A stretch of DNA of 64,000 nt, from contig NC_092673.1 of the NCBI RefSeq assembly GCF_964355755.1, forward strand, positions 496,001 to 560,000. The letters run 5' to 3'. Numbering within the stretch: position 1 is the stretch's first letter; each line of letters opens with the position of its first letter. Of this stretch, positions 25,901 to 37,000 are shown in pieces. Position numbers and translations under genes: made by a program. The stretch comes from Antedon mediterranea (lineage: Eukaryota > Animalia > Echinodermata). The notes under the pieces were generated by a model that worked only from the letters and a program-made list of their open reading frames with translations, was not told the origin of the DNA and searched no databases.

Positions 25901-28358
25901 AACGTCTGATGACACATCCATGTGTAGCTCCTTAATCCTCACAAATTCAAAAGCTCTCTATTTTATTAATAACTAAGAATGCTTATTTGACATCCAAATT
26001 ATTAAATTGTTACTGTAAAAATTTGTATTTAGAAAAAAAATTCAATTTTTATAATTTCAGAAACAACCCGTCTCGCTTCATTTCCTGCTACATGGCCTAA
26101 AGAACGACATGTCGCATTGGAGGAAATTCTTGATAAAGCAGTACAAGATGAGGAATTCAGACCAATAGCTGGGCACCTAATAAGAGAGATATATGGTATT
26201 AGTAATACATGTTATTCTAGCAAACTTGGAGTGGAGCTGTAGCTTGGTGGTTAACATGCTTCCCTTCCAATCCCAAGGTCCAGGGTTCAATCTGGATCTA
26301 TTGCCATGGTTGTACAACTCACAACTCTTTCAACTCCACTCCCTATACCTCAAAGGAGACTTAGTTTATAAGCATGATAAATTATAAAATATATAGTAAA
26401 TATATCCATGCTGTAATAGGCAAGTTACTTGCTGTTGGATGCGTATGAAAAAAAGCATTGTAGTTACAGTAACTCTTAAATCAAGTGCTTCTTTACTGCT
26501 TTTCCTCTCAAAAACCGATTAGAAGGGTATTATTTGAACTTTGAGGCCAATAGTTCTGAAGAAGTGCTATTACTGTAAGTAAAGTATAAACCTGTAATCT
26601 CTTTTATATAGAGTTAAAACCAGACCGATTTAAAGAAATAATGCATGAGGTGTTGTTAAAGAAAGAACCAGAGTATGTTAAGGTATTGTTTGTAGATTCA
26701 ATTATTTTATATACCTGATAGTTACCCTTAAGGTGTTATAGCAAAACAGCAGATTTTATTTGGAAGATATAAAAAGACCAATTATTGATATGTAAACACC
26801 CTACTATAGACCAGTCGCTGCTATGGACAGCATTTTACTTTTTATATTTATAATAATTAAAATCCACATTGTTTCTTTAGGTATCAACTGCAGCAAATAG
26901 TGGCAAGGTTAGGATGTCATACTGTTCTTACTTAAGTTCTGTGTTGTCTGCATCGGGTACTGAGAGCGAGGACAACAAGTTCAATGCAAATGTTGCTAGT
27001 GTTATAATACGGTTGATACAGCGTTGGCTATACTTTGATATTAAGGTATGTAGATAGAATTATGAAAATAAAGATTGTGAATATGTATCTAGCATTATTG
27101 CCATAATTAATTTAATAGACAGGTGTTTTAAATCATTTTGGCACGCTCCATACTTAGATTAATTTTTTTTTAGGGAAACCACACAGATATGGAAGAATAT
27201 CTAACGGTACTTTGTGATTGTCTTACTATTCTTGTAAAGCTGCTTCTGCCTCATCTAAGCACTGATCAACAAAAGAAGGTCTTTAACCTTATTAAAGACA
27301 AAGCCTTGTCAAGTGCACAAAGGTAAACCTAAACACTTTACTTATCAACACACTTTTTTTTTCTTTGTTTGCAAGATAATGTCCTAACAGACTACGCCTA
27401 AAAATAATATGATTAAATCTCCAGTAATCTTTATCTTCCATATGGGTCTCTGTTGATCTACAAATATTTACAAATATTTCACTCAGTTTCTGAGTGATAA
27501 AGCTTGGTTCCCACTAGGATGCAAGGCAATGACAGCGAGTTGACCAATCACAAGCGACAGTTGGAATAATCCATCGCCTGTGATTGATCAATTACTTGTT
27601 GTTGTGTCTTAGTGGGAACTAAGCATTAGTTTGTTTATTAACAAGGTGATGCATTATTGAGGTTATGTGGAAATTAGAGATACAAGAAACTTCATTTGTC
27701 TTTGTGAAAAACAAAAATATTTACGAACTGTACGTTAAGAAAAAACAGTTAAGGTAATTGATATTCTATTCTTTATTTTAACAGAACAATAAAGTTAAGT
27801 ATGTTGAATCTGCTGTTACAATGGAGCAGTGGCTGGAAGGATGATTTATTTTACGTGAATTATCTTTATGATCCAGACACGAGTGAAGCACTCATGAAAG
27901 TTAACAAACCATCTGCAAATAGTTCCGTCTCCAACAAAGATAGTGACGCAGCTATTAATTCTGAAGTGTCCGATAATAACGATGCAGAACGTAGTGATAT
28001 TAATGTTGTAGGTAGTGCTACTGATGTTTCCAATATGCTTGCCAAACCTGAAGAAGAGTCTGCACAAAAATCTAGTGATGTTGAGATTAAACCTGGTGCT
28101 AATGTAATTAAATCCTCAAGCACTTCTAACTGGTGGGAGGATGATGTGAAAGTGACTGAAACCAAAGATGAAGAACGGAATACAGAAGCTACAGGGTGGC
28201 ATGAGGAAGAGAGTGTGGAACCAAACAAGAGTTGTGTCCAACGGAATACCGAAGCTACAGAGTGGCATGAGGAAAAGAGTGTGGAACCAAACAAGAGCTA
28301 TGTCCAACAAAAAGGTACCATCGATGATGAAGATAAACCATTCACACCGGTCTTATGA
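22901..28358 (+). CDS. Divergent MIF4G-domain protein (PAIP1/CTIF/MIF4GD/eIF4G-middle-domain-like), 8 exons, 979 aa; RG-rich N-terminus, long Q/N/P-rich disordered region with Trp repeats, acidic C-terminal tail
   Basis: Hand-spliced join(22901..22985,23876..25566,25695..25764,26061..26195,26612..26682,26881..27045,27174..27322,27785..28358). All introns are GT-AG, phases match, 2940 nt with no internal stop. Starts MDRGRGRG...RGLGRG. The helical core VVRKVKKAISTV / LEEILDKAVQDEEFRPIAGHLIREIY / FKEIMHEVLL / EEYLTVLCDCLTIL / RTIKLSMLNLLLQWSSGW follows the order of MIF4G motifs (compared from memory). Gene structure is well supported; family assignment is less certain. Confidence 0.8.
23157..23726. 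mobile_element. Foldback-type MITE with subterminal repeats, in intron 1 of the MIF4G gene
   Basis: GGT...ACC ends. GAAACGGCCGCC occurs three times on the left and twice inverted on the right, with one further partial inverted copy internally; flanks AGTAG/AGTAC. Confidence 0.8.
26233..26455 (+). mobile_element. tRNA-derived SINE, second family
   Basis: TAGCTTGGTGGTTAA A box and GGTTCAATC B box; 3' end GCTGTTGGATGCGTATGAAAAA shared with 50341-50475. Confidence 0.7.
27501..27625. mobile_element. MITE family B-related shorter copy (intron 7 of the MIF4G gene)
   Basis: AGCTTGGTTCCCACTAG ... TTAGTGGGAACTAAGCA with the TTGACCAATCACAAGCGA core. Further fragments at ~50805-50915 and ~58543-58590. 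Confidence 0.75.
28176..28307 (+). repeat. 66-bp in-frame coding duplication in the last exon of the MIF4G gene
   Basis: RNTEATGWHEEESVEPNKSCVQ / RNTEATEWHEEKSVEPNKSYVQ. Confidence 0.95.
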
Positions 28359-28454
28359 TGTACAATTAATTGGTTCACATAGTGCTAACAATAATAATGA
28401 TAAATATTTATTTTCTCATTTTTTTCAAGATGCTATGAGTCACAATGCGAGGTG

Positions 28455-28530
28455 TTTGAGTGCAACTTAATGCTTTGAGTGCAACTTAATGCTTTGAGTG
28501 CAACTTAATGCTTTGAGTGCAACTTAATGC
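28455..28530. repeat. 19-bp tandem repeat, 4 copies (probable 3'UTR)
   Basis: TTTGAGTGCAACTTAATGC x4, ~95 bp after the stop codon. Confidence 0.95.
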
Positions 28531-29984
28531 TAAAATTAGCTTGAATTTGAATTCAAAAAACAATATTTATATTTCTTCTCTTTTATATAATAATTGGATT
28601 TTTGATAAAAGAAGCTAAAGTCTTTTATATCTTTGAGATTTAATTAATGTTTATAGTTAGTTAGTTTTGCATTATTATTTTATACTTGGAGAAATAATGA
28701 TTTACAATATTGTATTAGATTATATTACAAAACATCCTTTATAATCAAATTGTTCATGTGTATATAACATTTGTATGTTTCTAGGCCAGTATGTTTGAAT
28801 ACTAACATGCATGTGACATTACATACACTAATTACAATTAATGATATAAGACATACTTCAGATACCAGCAAGTTTTCAGTGTTTTTAAATACAAAATTTG
28901 ATATTGTTAAATTCCAAAATTGGAACTCATAATATTTTAATAAACAATTGATTTTATTAAATTTAATTTCCTTATTTTTAAATAAAAATAATGAAGTCCT
29001 CTTAAATAGTTTATTATTTTTTAACCTTTTTAAACTCAATATTGATTTTTTTTACTTAATTTGTAATAATATTTTTGATATTGGTCATTAATTTTTTATT
29101 CAAAACACATCAACTAACTTTAAATACAGCCACTACAGCCAATGGTTGTAGATGATACAATAGGTGGTTGTTGTGGGAATAAATTATTCAAAATTAATAT
29201 AATACAGTTAATGTAACAAATAAATATGAAACTTTTGATTCTAGAAGATAGAATCTAGAAATATTTTTGGAATAATTAAATCATAAAGAAGCAATTTATT
29301 TAGCTTGTTGTTTTAGGAAGTGTGGTTTGTTTGTCCTAATAAAATGTTGTTTTTTTTAAATCATATTTGATCAGCGATTTGTTTGTTTTCATTTCTGGCT
29401 TCAATCACCACTCTCCTATAAGATGGTATCTTATTTTTTATTTCTTTTCTCTAGTTATTCAATTGTATCTGTCCTCCATTCTAATAGGTCATCATTAACG
29501 CAATTCCATTATTGCAATACACTACAACTTTTTTCAATAAATCTTTTATCAAAACTCTACTTTATAATTTTTTCTGTGCTGTCAAATTATTATATAGTTG
29601 CAGAACATTGACACGGGTCCTATAAAGCATTCATTTTATTCATTTACATTATGATTTTGTAATTCTAATTTAAAATCAATGTTCACTTCCAGAAGAAGAG
29701 GCCAAGTGTGAAGAAAACTCATTCTGTGAGCTTTGTCTGAACGAATATATGGATTACATTGCTCAAAATAAACAAGAAGCTGGTGATTGTAGCAACAAAG
29801 AGAACAAAAAACACAAAGAAACATGGCTTCCATTTATAGACAATGGATATATCTATTTGTCATTAACGTCAGAATCTGATGATGCCACATCCGCGATATC
29901 TTAAGACCATTATTTGAGAGTGTTAACATATTTTTTGAAGATGTCTTTTTATTCTCAAGGATGGTAATCTTGTTTTAAAGTAAT

Positions 29985-30216
29985 ATAGAATAGAAACATA
30001 CCAGTTATTTATTATTACCAAAGAAAGTATTACTTTTTATATAACTTTTACCAAAGACTGACAGGCAGATAAGTATAGTACTTAGTTTGTCTTTACGTAA
30101 ATAACATCAGGGATGCTAATATTTTATAAGATATAATTATTGTGAATAGAAACATACCAGCGTGCCTTATCATTACCAAAAAAAGTATTTTTTATTTAAC
30201 ATTTACCAAAGACTGA
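29985..30216. repeat. Diverged ~75-bp duplication
   Basis: AATAGAAACATACCAG...ATTACCAAA...TTTACCAAAGACTGA at ~29990 and ~30145. Confidence 0.7.
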
Positions 30217-31098
30217 AGAACAAAAGGGTATATTTTGGTTAGGGCGATTATTTTAATACATACTCAACAATATTTCCTCTTTTAATTTTTTATTATATAC
30301 AAATGTTCAGTTATCACTTGCTGTACACACATAATTACTTGTTACACAGTATGGTTCAAAATGTCTATTTGAATGATCAAAATATATTATCTTAACATAA
30401 GATAGGTGCATACCTAACAAGGTACTTAAAAAAAGATTATAAAATCAATGTCAGTTATTAATTGTTATATTTTGTAATCAGTGCATTCATTTTGAGTTGC
30501 ATTCTTAGTGGTGAAAATTACATAAAATAGCAAGATGTACTCAACAAGAGTATAAAGTTTCCATAGATTTAAGTTTTTGAACTTATTCTTGAGAAATGTT
30601 GACACAAAACTATGCAGTGTTATTGTTATTAAACGTTTTAAAATAAAATCACTCTATCATATATCTTTTTAAACATATATAATTAATAACATTTATCAAT
30701 CAACAAAGTTGGGTTTTTAGTAGAAAATTTAGAGTATTTTGACCTTCATTTGTTGTGTTTCAAGGGACAATACTTTAAGTAGTAAATGATTACAAAGCCA
30801 TTTTCTTTGCATGATAGTATAACTGCCTCTTACCTTTAAAGTAACTCAATAAAAGTAAGTTGCTGACATTAAGTCATCTGCTTAGTGAGTATAGTAATTA
30901 TAATTTGGCTTAAAGAAAGATGAATTGAATACAATATATTCTGCAGTATTTCATTTAGTCTTTATATACATTTTATAAATAATTTTTTACTTGCAGTGGA
31001 GAAACAAACATGTCAAAAAAAGATAAACTGTGTATGGCGTAGTTGTAATATAAAAAACATTTCAATAAAAAGTAACTTGAGTGTGATCCGATCCATCA

Positions 31099-34000
31099 TC
31101 ATACAAGTTGTCCCCTCTGTCCACCACCAGCAAGTCCGCGTAGTTGTTTTAGTACCGTGTCCATCAGTTTCTTTTTATCTCTCTCATTCTTTTTGAAAGT
31201 TGTAAACAAGTTTTTCTTCTTATCACTTTCACGCATTCTACAAAATAGTAAGACGAATTCACACTAATTTGAAAAGTTTCTAAAAATGTGTATTTGTACA
31301 AGTTTAAATTCAAATTAAATTCTGCCACAAAATGAGTACAACTTAAGCCAAATTTTAAAGTAGAAAGTCATGTTATTCAGAATATCGAATTGGTTTGAGA
31401 GATACACTGCATTTTATATATTGTACTATGAAAGCCCTACATTTTTTTAAACAAAATAAACCTAAAAATAAACACTCACTTTTCTAGTAATATTATTGCT
31501 GTGTTCGGATTCACACGAGAGTACTTGCTTCGTGATTGGCCATGATCAGCCAAGTACGATGACCAATCCCATGCCATAAATAAGTCTAGCAGTTGGCGTA
31601 GTTCAACAAAAGTCATTTGTAAAGCACCCTCACGAAACCCAGGTACTGGTTCAGAGTTAGCAAATTCTAGGGAATGGAATAATTTGATTATTTTAAAGAA
31701 TTTTAATTCTCACACATTTCTTGTTTTGTATACCTTATATAACCTACCCACCGACTTTAATCTTGTACAGTGCTAACAGGTTTTTTATTTTAAATACTCC
31801 CACTCTACATGTTATAGGGTCTGTTTGTATAAAACATATGAGCTACCACCCTACATGTTATAGGTCTATTTTTATAGAACATTTCTTATTTTAAAGACTA
31901 CCAACCACTCTATATTTTATAGGGTCTATTTATGTAACACATTGTTTATTTGTGTAACACATTGTCTATTTATGTAACACATTGTCTATTTATGTAACAC
32001 ATTGTCTATTTATGTAACACATTGTCTATTTATGTAACACATTGTCTATTTATGTAACACATTGTCTATTTATGTAACACATTGTCTATTTATGTAACAC
32101 ATTGTCTATTTGTGTAACACATTGTCTATTTATGTAACACATTGTCTATTTATGTAACACATTGTCTATTTATGTAACACATTGTCTATTTATGTAACAC
32201 ATTGTCTATTTGTGTAACACATTGTCTATTTATGTAACACATTGTCTATTTATGTAACACATTGTCTATTTGTGTAACACATTGTCTATTTATGTAACAC
32301 ATTGTCTATTTATGTAACACATTGTCTATTTGTGTAACACATTGTCTATTTATGTAACACATTGTCTATTTGTGTAACACATTGTCTATTTATGTAACAC
32401 ATTGTCTATTTGTGTAACACATTGTCTATTTATGTAACACATTGTCTATTTATGTAACACATTGTCTATTTATGTAACACATTGTCTATTTGTGTAACAC
32501 ATTGTCTATTTATGTAACACATTGTCTATTTATGTAACACATTGTCTATTTATGTAACACATTGTCTATTTGTGTAACACATTGTCTATTTATGTAACAC
32601 ATTGTCTATTTGTGTAACACATTGTCTATTTATGTAACACATTGTCTATTTATGTAACACATTGTCTATTTATGTAACACATTGTCTATTTGTGTAACAC
32701 TTTTCTTATTCAAAGCTCTGGCTGCACAACAAACTTTATGTGACAAAAACATGTGATGTGCCAATATATAGACATATCACTACCATATATGGGCACATCC
32801 CACTTTTTTTGTCAAACTAGTTTGATAGTGTAGACCGGGCTTTAGATTGCAATAGCTTACGTTCACACTGTATAACATCTAAACTGAATTGCTGTATTGC
32901 GCCAATTGTGATTCTGCCACTGTCCTTGCCAAGAAGCATCTCTCGTAAGCCGTTTGCCAGATGTTTGCAGGCTGACAAACATGCTGTCTGGGCAACCTTC
33001 CCCTACAAATAACAAACAAATATTTGTAACAGAACTTTCATCTTAAATTTTTAACAGTTTTGTTTCTAATTAGAACCAATTAGAATTGTTATGTTAGGAC
33101 TAGATTTATGTTTAAGCTTATATTATTTTAGAGATAGATTGTTTTGTATGTTACTGAATACTTGATACAAAAATGTATTAAATGTTTTCCAAACATGTTT
33201 TGTGAATATAGTGGTTTTTTTTTTTTACTATATAAGACATCTTTTAGACTACTACTGATGATAGAATCAATAAATAGAGAAAATAATAAATAATGAAAGA
33301 TGGACATACTGGTAAATGATTGAAAGCTGTGAAGTTATTCCTAAGAAATCCAATCAGATCTAAAAGGTAGGTACTGGCACGACCTTTGGGTTCATCCAGC
33401 ACCCAATCATATTCAGCCAACTCTAGAAACTCATCTATTTTACGATTAAGTTTACGATAGATCTCAAGCTCCGCTTCACTTCTGGCGTCTCGGAATATGT
33501 TACTACTTTGAAGGCCAGCTGCAGAGATGTTTTCACCAACAGCACTACAAAAAGGAAGTATTTGTACAGTATATTTATATATATTGGGGTGGTGAAAATT
33601 GAACATTTCAGACTCATGCTGGCTACAAACCTGGTAACCATTTACACGAAAAACAAACTGGATTCTTTACAATTTACGCAATTCAGATATTCAGAATACT
33701 ACTGCTGTATGTAGCTTATTGAGATATAAAGATGGCAAAGGCATAACACATGTTATTTCTTTAGCATACTTACCCAGTAATGTTAGAGATGAATGTTTCT
33801 AAATATTTACACGCATTCTCTAGATGCATTGTGTTTACAGTTACTTGAACAAGCTATTGAAAAAAAAACATATTTCAATATTTGTACATAACTGCTTTTA
33901 TCACTTCTAAAGCTATAAAGCTTAGTTCCAGAAGGTTTGTACTGACAATAACTACATTAAGACTGTAACAAGATTATAAAGTGTGCAGAAGCACACAACA

Positions 34001-37000
34001 TTACCAATCTTTGGAATATGTAGGATCAAGCATGTAAACCAGGGGAGTTGAACAAATCCCTCTTTTTCCTGGAGTACCCTGGAAGTGGTAGTAAATAGGT
34101 CTACTAGCCTATCTCATGATGATGTTAGCTACTATTAGGAAAAAAAGGCGAACCCCCTGTAAAAATCCTAGCTGCAGGCTTGAGTACAATTTTTGGTTTA
34201 AATATTGTATTTTACCTCGGCTAGGCCTAGCAGTGGTTTTCTGATCAGCTCACTCAGACACCCACTGAGGGTCCTTGTCAGGAGGATGTTAGTTGATTTA
34301 CGAATCATATCATCCATCTCATTCTGACTTAGCTTTAAATCTTCAGAAAACTTAAGACAAGCGTAAATGAATTCCTTAATCTGATGATAGACCTTTGGCA
34401 CAAATGCTGAAAATGGTAAGGTCTTGGGAAACGTAATCTTAAAGAAAATAATAAAATATAGGTAAGATACACACAAATATAAAACAGACATAATTATGTT
34501 ATTTTAAATTATTGACTAGAATTATAAGGTTTTAAAGGGATCTCAATTATATAGTGCAAGTACTAATTTTCATGAATGTATTAACTCACAGACTGTGTTA
34601 ATCAACCATTACCATGTATTATAAATTGCACTCCATGACAGTTTAATCAGCCTTTATATACCAACAAAGACCCAAACTAACTCAGTTTAATTAACCATTA
34701 TCTGTTATTATACATCAACGCCCTACAGAGTAATTTGACTTTTGTAATTTAAGTACCAACTATGTGCTGTATGTAAGTATATTCTTACTTTGGTTTGTTT
34801 ATCATCAGAGAAGGGGAATCCCCTTGTGATCTCATTTAGTTCTTCTTGGTTATAGACCACCATTGCTGTATAGTTGTCTTCATAGAAAATATCACTGAAA
34901 AAATAAATTAGCACTTATACAGTATCCTGTAATAATTGTAATGTTGTTGACAAAAAGTTGTCTTGTTGATGGCACAAAGCAACACAATACAATAACCGAA
35001 CAAATATACATAGGACGGTTATATTTACCTAAAGACTTTCACCCATTTCTTCATCAAAAACTCACTATACTGATCCTTTAGCTCCATTAGAAGATCTGTT
35101 ACTCTACTATCATTAAATCCATAGCTCTATAAAGACAATCATGTATATATAAACCAAGGTTTAGTGGCATTTAGGTCTATAATTACAATATATATATTAT
35201 ATTATCAAATGTTTTTGCAAATACTACAACCTGTAGTCTCATTTCTCATTTTTCTTTATTTATTTGGCAAGCGGTTCAGGGGTTGCAACAGCAACTGAGA
35301 CTGATATTACATTTGTGTCTCATGCAACAGTTCTGTAACAGATTGTCCAAATATGACAATTGTATTTTTACCCGTAACGTTTGTCCAAATATGACAATTG
35401 TATTCTTACCCGTAACGTTTGTCCAAATATGACAATTGTATTCTTACCCGTAACGTTTGTCCAAATATGACAATTGTATTCTTACCCGTAACGTTTGTCC
35501 AAATATAACAATTGTATTCTTACCCGTAACGTTTGTCCAAATATGACAATTGTATTCTTACCCGTAACGTTTGTCCAAATATGACAATTGTATTCTTACC
35601 CGTAACGTTTGTCCAAATATGACAATTGTATTCTTGATCTGTAGTAAAACAGTGGCATCTGTACAAGAGGCCTTAAAAATACAAATTATCAAACAATCCA
35701 AATATTATGATACTGTTCATTCTTCAAATAACATGATAAGAGAAGAAATATTTGACGAAAATGATAGTTGACATAATTGTAAGTTTTCCTTTCTTCACTT
35801 GTTTTCACAGAGCTTCAAAACTTGTTGTTTGCGCTTCACAATTTGATAACAATTATTAGTACAGTATATTAATTAGGAATTTATAAGCATTATCTAATTT
35901 GAAAAATATATACAGTTCGCTTTGAATCTATTTATTTAGAGACATCATTTCTCAACTTACAGTTTGTGTTTGGAGAATTTGAATAATTTTATTCAACGAC
36001 GTATCCCATAATGTGTCTAGATATTCACGAGATATTAAACCTTCTGTTGTGTTTAAAATGTGATCTTCCACTACAAAAAATCTAAAAAGAAAACAGAAAT
36101 ATTTATAATAATATTCAAATAATATGTAACAATTTTTAAAAATCAGGTTCTTGGTACACCATGTGTTTTCAAAACAAAATAAATTAATATCTTCAGTTTG
36201 TAACTTATAATTTAAACAATTAAATAATACATACCCTAAAATTTGATGAAAGTATTTCTCATAGCTTTCCCGAGAATCATACTAGAAAAAATAAATATTG
36301 TATCTGTGATTCTTGTATTTTATTGGTCTATTGAATTTAATTAAAAAAACTACAGTATGATGATCAAATAAAGATCGAAATTTTTTATTAAAAACTTACT
36401 TCATGTCATATTGTTATTCATTACATTTGTATAGACATAGGTAACATAACTAAGATTAAGTAAGTGTGCTTAGTATTAAACTGTTTAGCAGTTACTTTGT
36501 CTTACCATATTGCCTGGAGGTTGTATTGCAAGCCGTGCTTGCTTTGACCTTTGGTTTCGATAGTACTTTTCAAATGTGTCTCTTTCTCCGAGTACACAGT
36601 ATATATGTAGACAACGATAAACAGGAGCAAAATCTACTTTCTCTTGAGCACTAACCTCCTAAACAAAATTATAAATAGTTTGTTTTAGAAATTATATGTT
36701 GTTTTAAATTAAATTTAAAATCAGATACTAGTAATATTATACAAATAATGAATGTTTATAAGTGTAATGGTACAAATAATGGCATTTGGTGAATGATGAA
36801 GGGTTTTATTTCACCAAATGCCATTCAATAGTGCGTCCTATTGCACGTCATGTGAACCACAATTGTACAATCAAATGACAGGAATTTATTTAGATGTTAT
36901 ATAATATAAATAATTCATCGTACCATGTCATCAAATTCTCCTCCTTCTTCGGGTGAATCTGCTTCTGTTAATGATGAACTTTTAGGGTTTGTTAATACAT

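Noticed and set aside
35225-35300. Minus-strand PLNRL peptide resembling EXOC6 exon 11
   Set aside because: It hits a stop within a few codons; the true exon is 35029-35126 (SYGFNDSRVTDLLMELKDQY).
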